From Verrucomicrobiota bacterium (GTDB lineage Bacteria > Verrucomicrobiota > Verrucomicrobiia > Methylacidiphilales > Verrucolacustridaceae), in NCBI GenBank assembly GCA_010028775.1, contig RHAF01000001.1, forward strand, positions 1 to 41,515: 41,515 nucleotides of DNA, in the 5' to 3' direction. A program made the position numbers and the translations under genes. Positions 16,254-25,349 of this stretch are shown in pieces. Position 1 is the first letter of the stretch. Each line of letters starts with the position of its first letter. The notes beneath the pieces were generated by a model. It saw nothing but the letters and a program-made list of their open reading frames with translations. It was not told where the DNA came from and did no database searches.

Positions 16254-18266
16254 ATGAGAAATTCCCCGGGGGGGCGGGCCAAGATCCTATGGGGGTTCGT
16301 GGCGGCGGCCGGCGCGGTTTCCCTTGGAGTGGTGGCCTGGAAGAGGGGCGAGCCGGTCAACGCCCTCTGGCTCATGGTGGCCACGGGCTGTGTCTATGCC
16401 ATCGGCTACCGGTTCCACAGTGCGTGGCTGATGGCCACCGTGCTGGCGGTGGATCCGCGAAGAAAGACCCCCGCCGAGTCCCATGCCGACGGCCGGGATT
16501 TTGTGAAAACCAACCGGTGGGTGGTCTTTGGCCATCACTTTGCCGCCATCGCCGGGCCCGGCCCGTTGGTCGGTCCCGTTCTGGCCGCACAGTTCGGTTA
16601 CCTGCCCGGTTTGCTTTGGATTTTGATCGGGGGGGTCCTGGGCGGGGCGGTGCACGACAGCATCATCCTTTGGCTGAGCGTTCGCCGGCGCGGCAAATCG
16701 GTGGGCCGGATGTTGAGGGAAGAGGTCGGCCCGGCGGCGGGAACGATTGCCGTGGTCGGGCTACTGGGAATTTTGACCATGCTGATGGCGGTGCTCGCCC
16801 TGGTGGTCGTCCGGGCGTTGGCCGAGAGTCCGTGGGGACTTTTCACCATCGTGCTGACCATGCCTTTGGCGCTGGCCATGGGAGTCGGCATGCGGGGTGC
16901 CGGTGGCGTGCGGACGGTCTGGGTCACGGTCCTGGGAGTGTTGGCGCTGATCGGATCCGTTTGGGCGGGGAAGTGGGCTTCCGAGACCCCGGCCTGGGCC
17001 GCACTCTTTACCTGGAATGCCCCGACGCTGGCCTGGTCGATCATGGGATACGGCTTGGCGGCAAGCACCTTGCCGGTGTGGCTCCTGCTGGCACCCCGGG
17101 ATTATCTGAGCTCGTTTTTAAAAATCGGAACCGTGGCGGCCTTAGGCGTGGTGGTCACCCTGCTGGCACCCCAACTGCAGATGCCCGCGCTGACCCGGTT
17201 CATCGACGGGAGCGGCCCGGTCTTCGCCGGGCCGGTTTTTCCCTTTTGCTTCATCACCATCGCCTGCGGGGCGGTGAGCGGATTTCATTGTCTGGTCTCC
17301 TCCGGGACAACGCCAAAACTGCTGGCCAGCGAGGCGGACATCCGTGTGGTGGGGTACGGGGCGATGATCACGGAAATGTGTGTCGGGGTCCTTGCGCTGG
17401 TGGCGGCCTGCGCCATGCCCCCGGGGGAATATTTTGCCATCAACCTTCGGGGAGAACCGGCCGCCGTGGTGGAGAAAATCTCGGTGATGGGATTTCCGGT
17501 GACGGAGAAGCAGATGGCGGATCTGGCGCGATCGGTGGGGGAATCGACGATGGTCGGCCGGACGGGCGGTGCCCCGACCTTTGCCGTGGGAATGGCGCAG
17601 ATTTTTGCCAAGTCGGCGGGATCCCCGGGAGGATCAGCCATGGCCCTGTGGTACCACTTTGCCATCATGTTCGAGGCGCTTTTCATCCTGACCACGATCG
17701 ACGCGGGCACGCGCATCGGGCGCTTTCTGGTGCAGGAGGTTTTGGGATGGCTCTGGAAGCCCCTGGGGGAGGTGCATTCTTCGGCGGGGAATTTCCTGGG
17801 AAGCGGGCTGTTCGTTGCGGGGTGGGGATGGTTTCTCTATCAGGGGGTGATTGATCCGCAGGGAGGGATCAATAGCCTCTGGCCGATCTTTGGGGTGGCC
17901 AACCAACTGCTGGCGGTGATGGCCCTGGGGCTGGCCACCACGGTCTTGGTCAAGATGGAAAGGGCGAGATTGACCTGGGTGACTCTCGGGCCGCTGGTTT
18001 GGCTGGTGGGGGTGACCTTCAGTGCGGGCTGGATGAAGATCTTCAGCTCGGACCCGAGGCTGGGTTTTTTGACGGCGATGCGCCAAGCGGCGGCAGCCGG
18101 ACAGGATCGGGCGGCCATGACCCATGCGATCAATGCCAGCATCACCGGCTTCTTTCTCCTGTTGGTGATTCTGGTTCTCTGGGCCTGCGGGAGGGTCTGT
18201 TGGTTGAAGTTCAGGGGAGAAAAAGTTCCGCCGGTGACGGAAGAAGCTTGGGGACATGCCGGGTGA
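16254..18266 (+). CDS. cstA: Carbon starvation protein A family transporter (CstA/BtsT-like)
   Basis: 'DGRDFV.TN..V.FGHHFAAIAGPGPLVGP', 'LLAPRDYLS', 'TIACGAVSGFH', 'RTGGAPT', 'WPIFGVANQLLA'. Confidence 0.95.
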   Translation: MRNSPGGRAKILWGFVAAAGAVSLGVVAWKRGEPVNALWLMVATGCVYAIGYRFHSAWLMATVLAVDPRRKTPAESHADGRDFVKTNRWVVFGHHFAAIAGPGPLVGPVLAAQFGYLPGLLWILIGGVLGGAVHDSIILWLSVRRRGKSVGRMLREEVGPAAGTIAVVGLLGILTMLMAVLALVVVRALAESPWGLFTIVLTMPLALAMGVGMRGAGGVRTVWVTVLGVLALIGSVWAGKWASETPAWAALFTWNAPTLAWSIMGYGLAASTLPVWLLLAPRDYLSSFLKIGTVAALGVVVTLLAPQLQMPALTRFIDGSGPVFAGPVFPFCFITIACGAVSGFHCLVSSGTTPKLLASEADIRVVGYGAMITEMCVGVLALVAACAMPPGEYFAINLRGEPAAVVEKISVMGFPVTEKQMADLARSVGESTMVGRTGGAPTFAVGMAQIFAKSAGSPGGSAMALWYHFAIMFEALFILTTIDAGTRIGRFLVQEVLGWLWKPLGEVHSSAGNFLGSGLFVAGWGWFLYQGVIDPQGGINSLWPIFGVANQLLAVMALGLATTVLVKMERARLTWVTLGPLVWLVGVTFSAGWMKIFSSDPRLGFLTAMRQAAAAGQDRAAMTHAINASITGFFLLLVILVLWACGRVCWLKFRGEKVPPVTEEAWGHAG

Positions 18267-18271
18267 CAAGG

Positions 18272-19528
18272 ATGGCGGCTTCGGACCCATTTCGCCGGAT
18301 GAAAGACGGCGCACTATTTCTTGGGTGGGTGTTTCTTGGCCTGACGGTCCGGGCGGAGGAGCTGCCTTCCACGCTTATTCTGAGCTGGGAAAAAAATCCC
18401 TGCACGAGCATGACGGCACAGTGGATCCGTGGCCCGGGCTTGGGAGACGCTCCCACCGTGGAGAGACCGGAGACGGTTCAGTGGAAAAAGGCAGGCGCGG
18501 AAAAATGGGAGTTTATGAGCGCGGAGTTTTTTCCTTTCCCTGACCCGGAGAAGATGGGGCGGTCCAGGTGGACCCGGGTGAAGGCGTCCTGGAACCGGTT
18601 GGAGCCGGGGTGCGAATATGTTTTCCGGATCGGGGATTCGCCCGGAGCGAAATTCTGCACGGCACCTGGGGAAATCGGGAGCGGCGTGACGTTTGTGGAG
18701 GGGGGGGATGTCGATGTGGCTGAGACTTCCGCACAAATGATGACCCTAGGGGCGCGGCAGGATCCCCTTTTCATAAGCATCGGCGGGGATCTGGCCTACG
18801 AGGACGGCCATGATGTCCGTCGGGAGATTGTCTTTTGGCAGCAGTGGGCGAAAACCGCGCGAGCATCAGACGGGCGGAGGATTCCTGTGGTGGCTGGGAT
18901 CGGGAACCACGAGGTCAAGGGCGGGTATGTCCAGGAAGGCGCCTCTTTTCGTGAGATGAAGGCAAGGGCACCCTTTTTTTACGCTTTGTTCGGCGGGTTG
19001 TATGAAAAGGCGGAGCCGGTGGCCCTGGATTTCGGGAACTACCTCTCCCTGCTTTTGATGGATTCCGGACACGTGCTTCCGATCCCTGCTCAGACGGCTT
19101 GGCTCAGGGAGAATCTGAAAAAAAGAAAAACGGTTCCCTGGATCTTCGCCTCGTGGCACGTGTCGACCTACCCCTCTTTCCGCAAATGGAAGGAGCAAAA
19201 GGAAATCGTTCTGACCCGCGCGGAGTGGGTCCCCGTTCTGGAGAGCTCGGCAGTGACGGCGGTTTTCACCCACCACGATCATAATCTCCAGAGGGTGGAG
19301 ACGGAGGGCTTGGCGGGAAGAAAGATCCCGTTTTTGGGCAACGGCGCGATGGGGGTGGAGGCTAGGCCGCGGAATTGTGCCGAATCGGAAAAACTGTCGA
19401 AGGCCTTCGCCCAAACGGACTATGTCCATGTTGTTCGCCTGCGCGCGGGGGGTGCGACGGTCTGCTCTTTGGGGCCGGAGGGGCAGGAGTTGGACCGGGT
19501 GGAATTTTCCGGGCGTTCCCAGCCCTGA
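18272..19528 (+). CDS. Exported purple-acid-phosphatase-like metallophosphoesterase with N-terminal FN3-like domain
   Basis: Signal peptide ending 'VRA-EE'; motifs 'GGD', 'GGDLAY', 'GNHE', 'HHDH'. Start is ATG 18272 or 18299. Confidence 0.82.
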   Translation: MAASDPFRRMKDGALFLGWVFLGLTVRAEELPSTLILSWEKNPCTSMTAQWIRGPGLGDAPTVERPETVQWKKAGAEKWEFMSAEFFPFPDPEKMGRSRWTRVKASWNRLEPGCEYVFRIGDSPGAKFCTAPGEIGSGVTFVEGGDVDVAETSAQMMTLGARQDPLFISIGGDLAYEDGHDVRREIVFWQQWAKTARASDGRRIPVVAGIGNHEVKGGYVQEGASFREMKARAPFFYALFGGLYEKAEPVALDFGNYLSLLLMDSGHVLPIPAQTAWLRENLKKRKTVPWIFASWHVSTYPSFRKWKEQKEIVLTRAEWVPVLESSAVTAVFTHHDHNLQRVETEGLAGRKIPFLGNGAMGVEARPRNCAESEKLSKAFAQTDYVHVVRLRAGGATVCSLGPEGQELDRVEFSGRSQP

Positions 19529-19572
19529 TTCTCCGCATCGACAGCGTACGCACTTTCTGGTCTGCTTCGTCT

Positions 19573-20514
19573 ATGATCGTTCCCGAGAGTTGGCTGGAAC
19601 CGTATCGCAGCCTGCGTTGGCAGGGGATCCTCGAGATCCTGCTTCTTACGGTGGTGTTCTATTACGGCTACAAACTCCTGCGTCGGACGCAGGGGGCCAA
19701 GGTGTTGAGCGGATTTCTTCTGGTTTTTCTGCTGGCCCTGGTGGCGTCCAAATTTCTTGAGCTTCGCGTCCTGAGTTTTCTTTTGCAGGCCTTTGTCTCC
19801 GTCTTGGTGCTGGCCTTCCTGATTCTCTTTCAGCCGGAGATTCGTCGGGCCTTGGCGGAGATTGGGCGGGCGGGCGGCTTCACCCTCCACGGGGAGCGGC
19901 AGTCGTTCGTCATTGAGGAAGTGATCAAGGCCATCGAGGCCCTGCGGGAGAGAAAATACGGGGCCCTCATCGTCTTTGAGCAGTCGGACCTCGCCCAGGG
20001 AGTGGTCGACTCGGGGGTGGCGGTGCATGGAAACGTCTCGGAGGAGCTATTGGCGACGATTTTTTTCAACAAGACACCGTTGCATGACGGTGCGGTTATC
20101 CTGCGGGGTGACCGGGTGGTGGCGGCAGGTTGCATCCTTCCGGTGAGTCATCAGGCGATGAGCCGGGTTTTGGGATTGCGGCACCGGGCGGCGCTGGGGT
20201 TGAGCGAGGAGAGCGACTCGGTGGTGCTGGTGTTGTCGGAAGAATCGGGGGAGATCACCCTTTGTCGAAAGGGAAAGATGGATCGCCCGCTGGAGATTGA
20301 TTCGGTGCGCCAAAAACTGACCGAGCTGCTGGTCAGCGGGGGTGCAGGAGTCTCGTGGACCGGGGGTGTGGCGCGGGGGTTCCTCCGGCCCACCCTGGGA
20401 CCCCAGGCTCTGATGCGCAGGACCGCTCGGGCGTTGATCTGTCTGACCTTGGCGGCGGTGGTTTGGGGAATTCTCGGAGTGATCGTCACCGGCATGAGGA
20501 CGGGGTTGCGCTGA
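19573..20514 (+). CDS. cdaA: Diadenylate cyclase CdaA (DisA_N/DAC domain, N-terminal TM helices)
   Basis: 'ILFQPEIRRAL', 'PLHDGAV' (DGA motif), 'GLRHRAALGLSEESD' (RHR motif). Directly upstream of glmM. Confidence 0.92.
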   Translation: MIVPESWLEPYRSLRWQGILEILLLTVVFYYGYKLLRRTQGAKVLSGFLLVFLLALVASKFLELRVLSFLLQAFVSVLVLAFLILFQPEIRRALAEIGRAGGFTLHGERQSFVIEEVIKAIEALRERKYGALIVFEQSDLAQGVVDSGVAVHGNVSEELLATIFFNKTPLHDGAVILRGDRVVAAGCILPVSHQAMSRVLGLRHRAALGLSEESDSVVLVLSEESGEITLCRKGKMDRPLEIDSVRQKLTELLVSGGAGVSWTGGVARGFLRPTLGPQALMRRTARALICLTLAAVVWGILGVIVTGMRTGLR

Positions 20515-21807
20515 TGGGGGAGGGGCAGGCTCGGAGGTGGTTCGGCACGGATGGAATCCGGGGCCGGGTGGGAAAGGTGCCGATGACGCCCGAGTTCATC
20601 GCCGCGGTGGGGGCTGCTGCGGGAAAATTTTTCGCCCAATCGAATCCCGGAGGGAAAATCCTGGTGGCACGGGACACCCGCGGCTCCGGCCCGGTGCTCG
20701 AGGCCTCCTTGGCCGCGGGGTTGAAATCGGCCGGGTTGTCCGTGGAGACGGCGGGGGTGCTGCCCAGCGGGGCGGCGGCGATGCTGGTGCCGGCCCGGGG
20801 AGCGTGCGGTGGGGCCATTCTCAGCGGAGCGGAGCCAAGCTGACGGACGAGGAAGAGTCCCGGATCGAAAGCCTGCTGGACTGGGAGCATCCGCCGGCGA
20901 ACGCGGAAAAAGCCGGGGCGTTGGATTTTGCCTGCCGCGATTGGGCGCTGGAGGGATACCGCAAAAAACTCAGGCTGGCCCTCGGGGAAGGTTTTTCCCT
21001 TCAGGGACGCAAAATCCTGGTCGATGCCGGACACGGGGCTTCGTGGTTCACCACCCCGGAAATTCTACGGGGGTTCGGGGCCGAGGTGGAGGTGATGTCC
21101 GACCGACCCGACGGCAAGAACATCAATGAGGGATGCGGTTCGGAGCATCCCGAGGAATTGATTGCCAAAATCCGGGAGAGGGAGGGTTGGATTGGTCTGG
21201 CACACGACGGGGATGCCGACCGCCTAGTGCTGGTGGATGAGAAGGGGGAACGGGTCGACGGGGACGAGCCCTCGGGCGGGGTGTGTTGCCCGGCAAAACG
21301 GTGGTGGTCACGGTGATGAGCAACCTGGGTTTGGACGAGGCGGTTTCCGGGAGTGGCGGAAGAGTCGAGAGAACCCCGGTGGGGGATCGTTACGTGGCGG
21401 CGGCGATGAAAAAAGGCGGTTTCCAGCTGGGGGGGGAGCAGTCGGGACACCTTCTTTTTCTTGATGCCTCGCCGGCGGGAGACGGCTTGCTCTCGGCCTT
21501 GAAAATCCTCGATTTATTGCAGAGGAGGAAGGAGCCGTTGCACCGGGCCCGTTTGGTGATGAAACGGTATCCGCAAAAACTGGTAAACCTCAGGGTGCGG
21601 CACAAGCCGGCATGGGAGACGGTTCCGCCCGTGGCGGCGGCGGTGCGGGAGATGGAGAAGCTTTTGGGCGCCAAGGGGCGGATTCTCCTGCGCTACTCGG
21701 GCACGGAAAACCTTGTGCGGTTGCTTGTCGAAGCGGACGAAGAGGATAAGATCCGCCTGGTTCAGGAAAAGCTGGTGCCGATCCTGAATGAACATCTGGG
21801 AGAGTAA
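20514..21807 (+). pseudogene. glmM: Phosphoglucosamine mutase split into three frames by two internal deletions (pseudogene or assembly error)
   Basis: Frame A: 'WFGTDGIRG...ARDTR.SG...GGAILS' (to ~20826). Frame B: 'SGAKLTD...HDGDADR...VDGDE' (to ~21268). Frame C: 'ALGRG..TVMSNLG..VGDRYV..GGEQSGH..RYSGTE'. The ASHNP..DNGIK loop is absent. Confidence 0.9.
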
Positions 21808-21810
21808 AAA

Positions 21811-22770
21811 ATGAGCGTCAATGCCTTGGACCAGTTGAAGAAGTTCACCACCGTGGTGGCGGACACGGGAGATTTTGCAACGATGAAGGAGTACGCCCCC
21901 GAGGACGCGACGACCAATCCGACTTTGATCGAGAAGGCCACCGAAATGCCGGCCTACCTCCCGCTGTTGGAAAAAGCGGTGGCGGAGGGCAAGGGGGCGG
22001 CGGGTTCCAAGGAGGAGAGGGCCCGGGCGATCATCGACCGCCTCCTGATCCTTTTTGGATGTGAAATCCTGAAAATCGTCCCCGGTCGGGTTTCCACCGA
22101 AGTGGATGCACGTCTCTCGTTCGACGTCCCGGGGACGGTGGAAAAAGCACGGCATCTTATCGGGATGTATCAAAAGGCGGGCATTCCCCGGGAGCGGATC
22201 CTGATCAAGATCGCGGCGACCTGGGAAGGTGCCCAAGCGGCGAAGATCGTCCAAAAGGAGGGGATTCAGTGCAACCTGACGTTGATGTTCTCACTCCCCC
22301 AGGCGGTCGCCTGTGCGGAGGCGGGCGCCAGACTGATTTCCCCGTTTGTCGGCCGGATTTACGACTGGTTCAAAAAGAGCACGGGCAAGGAATACAAAGG
22401 GGCGGAGGATCCGGGCGTGCAGTCGGTGCAGAAGATTTACGCCTACTACAAAAAGTTCGGCTATCCGACCCAAGTCATGGGGGCGAGCTTCCGCAACATG
22501 GGTCAGATTCTTGAGCTGGCGGGGTGTGATCTCCTGACCATCAGTCCCAACCTTCTGGCGGAGTTGAAGGCTTCGACCCAGACCGTGGCCAAAAAGCTGG
22601 ATCCGGAAACCGCCAAGAAGGATCCCATTGCCAAACTGCCCCTGGATGAGAAGACGTTCCGTTTTCTTCTAAATGAGGACGCCATGGCTACGGAAAAATT
22701 GGCCGAGGGAATCCGTCTCTTCTCCGCCGATATCGTGAAGCTGGAGAAGAAGATACTGGCCAAGATCTAG
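21811..22770 (+). CDS. tal: Transaldolase
   Basis: 'VVADTGD', 'DATTNP', '[14 protein letters not shown]', '[11 protein letters not shown]', 'ISPFVGRI', 'VMGASFRN'. Confidence 0.97.
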   Translation: MSVNALDQLKKFTTVVADTGDFATMKEYAPEDATTNPTLIEKATEMPAYLPLLEKAVAEGKGAAGSKEERARAIIDRLLILFGCEILKIVPGRVSTEVDARLSFDVPGTVEKARHLIGMYQKAGIPRERILIKIAATWEGAQAAKIVQKEGIQCNLTLMFSLPQAVACAEAGARLISPFVGRIYDWFKKSTGKEYKGAEDPGVQSVQKIYAYYKKFGYPTQVMGASFRNMGQILELAGCDLLTISPNLLAELKASTQTVAKKLDPETAKKDPIAKLPLDEKTFRFLLNEDAMATEKLAEGIRLFSADIVKLEKKILAKI

Positions 22771-22797
22771 CCGAAGCGGGTTTTCGGGGCTATTTTT
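22768..22797 (+). terminator. Putative intrinsic terminator after tal
   Basis: Bulged stem TAGCCGAAG / TTTCG(GG)GCTA followed by TTTTT. Confidence 0.45.
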
Positions 22798-22798
22798 A

Positions 22799-22811
22799 CA
22801 AAATATTGATA
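22799..22811 (-). promoter_or_regulatory. IHF-box-like site upstream of mreB
   Basis: Minus strand TATCAA-TATT-TTG matches WATCAANNNNTTR, within an AT-rich patch. Confidence 0.4.
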
Positions 22812-22895
22812 ATCAAAGCTTCTCTTGGCCTAGGGCCACGCTTTTGGTGATTGACGGAAGAGGCTGAATGCAAGATAGTTACTTTTTACACATAT

Positions 22896-23936
22896 ATGTT
22901 GGATAAGCTTTTCCCTTTTCTGGAGAACGACATGGGCGTGGATCTTGGCACGGCCAACACTCTCGTTTTTGTCCGCGGCAAGGGGGTTGTTCTCCGTGAG
23001 CCATCGGTAGTGGCCATGGACCAGGCAACTCGGCGGGTTTTGGCGGTGGGGGATGAGGCCAAGAGGATGTTGGGTCGGACTCCGGGATCGATCGTGGCGG
23101 TTCGACCGCTGAAGGATGGGGTGATCAGCGATTTTGAAGTCACCGAGGCAATGCTCAAATGTTTCATCGAAAAGGCGACCAAACGGCAGAACCGTTGGCG
23201 GCCAAGGCCGCGCCTGGTGATCGCCGTTCCTTCGGGCATCACCGAGGTGGAGCGTCGCGCGGTGTGTGAATCCGCGGCGCACGCCGGGGCGCGGAGCGTC
23301 CGCCTGATCGAGGAGCCCCTGGCCGCGGCCATCGGGGTCGGTCTGCCGGTCCAGGACGCCTCCGGAAACATGATCATCGACATCGGGGGCGGAACGACGG
23401 AGATGGCGATCATCTCGCTGGGGGGAATCGTTTTCAGCCGCAGCGTGCGCGTAGCCGGTGACGAATTGGACGAGGCGATCATGAACTACCTCAAGAGGGC
23501 CTATAACCTGATGATCGGCGAACGGACAGCCGAGGACATCAAGGTGAAGATCGGTTCGGTTTATCCCATGGAAAAAGAGACCTCCATGGAGGTGCGCGGC
23601 CGGGATCTGGTGGCCGGATTGCCCAAGACGCTGACCATCACCTCGCAGGAGGTGCGGGAGGCCCTTTTGGAACCTGTGCAGATCATCCTGGAAAGCGTCC
23701 GACTGACGCTGGAGCGTTGCCCGCCGGAGCTTTCCAGCGACCTGGTGGAGCGCGGGGTGGTGCTGGCCGGCGGCGGCGCGCTGTTGCGCGGCTTCGACAG
23801 GCTTTTGAGCGAGGAGACGGGGCTGCCGATCCATGTGGCCGAAGACCCCCTCAGCGCCGTGGTGGAGGGCACCGGCAAAGTGCTCGATGAACTGGAGTTT
23901 TTGACGAAGCTGACGATGGCGGACGGGCGCGGGTAG
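22896..23936 (+). CDS. mreB: Rod shape-determining actin MreB
   Basis: 'DLGTANT', 'EPSVVA', 'RPLKDGVI', 'DIGGGTT', 'IGERTAE', 'GGGALL'. Start ATG 22896. Confidence 0.97.
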   Translation: MLDKLFPFLENDMGVDLGTANTLVFVRGKGVVLREPSVVAMDQATRRVLAVGDEAKRMLGRTPGSIVAVRPLKDGVISDFEVTEAMLKCFIEKATKRQNRWRPRPRLVIAVPSGITEVERRAVCESAAHAGARSVRLIEEPLAAAIGVGLPVQDASGNMIIDIGGGTTEMAIISLGGIVFSRSVRVAGDELDEAIMNYLKRAYNLMIGERTAEDIKVKIGSVYPMEKETSMEVRGRDLVAGLPKTLTITSQEVREALLEPVQIILESVRLTLERCPPELSSDLVERGVVLAGGGALLRGFDRLLSEETGLPIHVAEDPLSAVVEGTGKVLDELEFLTKLTMADGRG

Positions 23937-23988
23937 CCGCATCCTCCCCGCCCTCCGCAACACGTCCGCTTTCCCGAAATAAAAAACA

Positions 23989-24831
23989 ATGTCACGCACA
24001 TGGGTTTTTTTGGGGTCGGGAGCGGCCCTGGCCACAGCGGTCACCGTTCTCTTTTTTGCCCCCGTGACCTCCCGTTGGACAGAGCGGGTCACCATCGAGA
24101 CCATCTCTCCTCTGGCCCGGGCATGCGGCGGGTTGCAGACCAAGTGGAATGATTTCCGCCAAAGTCTCCGCCAATTCGACGTGTTGGAGGAGGAAAACCG
24201 GAACCTGCGGGCGGAAAATGTGCGCCTCCAGACCGAAATCCGCCAACTGGATTACCTGCGCAGCGAGAACGAGAGATTCCGGGAAATGCTGGCCTTCCGG
24301 GAACAGCAGTCCTTCCGCCTGTTGGCCTGCCGGGTGATCGAGCGTGACACCTCCAACTGGTGGAATTCGGTGCTGGTCGACCGTGGTTGGAGCGACGACC
24401 CCAATCTTGCACCCGACCAGCCGGTGGTGACGCCCCGCGGGGTGATCGGCAAGACGGGTACCGTCGGCCGCTCCACCACGCGTGTGATGCTTCTTTCTGA
24501 CGAGAACTGCAAGGTCAGCGTCCTGACGGAGGCCGCCGGGGCACGCGGCATTCTTTTAGGGAACACCCCGATCAACGGCGGAACCCCCTTGTGCCGCCTG
24601 ACGTTTGTCACGCGGGAGGCGAAGTTTGCCGTCGGTGAGCGGGTGCTGACCACCGGTTTGGGGGGGACCTTCCCGCCCAACCTGTTGGTGGGGACGGTGA
24701 CAGATGCGCCGGCTTTGACCTCGGAGAAAAACTCCGGTCTCTATCGCGAGGGCCAGGTCACCCCGGCAGCCGACCTGAATGATCTGCGGGATCTTTTTAT
24801 CCTGACCGGCGCTTCGGGAGCCAAGAAATGA
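23989..24831 (+). CDS. mreC: Rod shape-determining protein MreC
   Basis: TM segment, coiled coil 'EENRNLRAEN', 'V.TPRGVIGK', 'TTGLGGTFP'; operon position. Confidence 0.9.
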   Translation: MSRTWVFLGSGAALATAVTVLFFAPVTSRWTERVTIETISPLARACGGLQTKWNDFRQSLRQFDVLEEENRNLRAENVRLQTEIRQLDYLRSENERFREMLAFREQQSFRLLACRVIERDTSNWWNSVLVDRGWSDDPNLAPDQPVVTPRGVIGKTGTVGRSTTRVMLLSDENCKVSVLTEAAGARGILLGNTPINGGTPLCRLTFVTREAKFAVGERVLTTGLGGTFPPNLLVGTVTDAPALTSEKNSGLYREGQVTPAADLNDLRDLFILTGASGAKK

Positions 24832-25349
24832 GCCCGGGTGAGGGAAGTTTTTGGAAGCTGCTGGCTTTGGCCGCAGCCGCCTGGATCTTCCGGGCAGTGG
24901 GTCCCGAACTTTACGGAACGGCGGCCCTGACCACCCAACTTTTGGCCGCGGTGGTGATCCAGGCGGGACTTCTTCTCCCGCCGGTCCGGCTGGCCTGTTG
25001 GACTTTTCTGGTGGGATTTTCCTGGGATCTGCTCACCTTCTCCGCTTTGGGTCATCACGCCATGGTCATCGGCTTGACTGTGATGCTGGTTCGCTCCCAG
25101 AGGGGATGGTGGTTGGGGGCTTCGGCCGGCGAACAAGCGGCCGGTTCCGTTCTGGTGGCGGTGATCTATTTCGGACTGGATCGATTCCTGCACCTTTTGG
25201 AGATCCGCAGCTGGGAGTGGCCGTTTGCCCTCAGCGTGAATCTGGTGGTGGCCGGTCTGGTGAACGGGATCGTTTCCGTAGGCCTCGGATGGTGGTTGGA
25301 AAGGCAATCGGAGCCATCCGCCCGGCGTGTCTCCCGGAGGCTACGATGA
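24828..25349 (+). CDS. mreD: Rod shape-determining protein MreD
   Basis: Hydrophobic 173-aa protein with 'GFSWDLL...LG'; lies between mreC and mrdA with ATGA overlaps. Confidence 0.75.
   Translation: MSPGEGSFWKLLALAAAAWIFRAVGPELYGTAALTTQLLAAVVIQAGLLLPPVRLACWTFLVGFSWDLLTFSALGHHAMVIGLTVMLVRSQRGWWLGASAGEQAAGSVLVAVIYFGLDRFLHLLEIRSWEWPFALSVNLVVAGLVNGIVSVGLGWWLERQSEPSARRVSRRLR

Noticed and set aside
20820-21290. Programmed ribosomal frameshifting as the explanation for the split glmM
   Set aside because: There is no slippery heptamer at either junction, and conserved residues are physically missing.
24851-25345. Apparent N-terminal extension of PBP2 overlapping mreD (similarly for the ORFs at 17999, 19375, 32745 and 38929)
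   Set aside because: Downstream starts coupled to or just after the upstream stop codons fit the family N-termini better.
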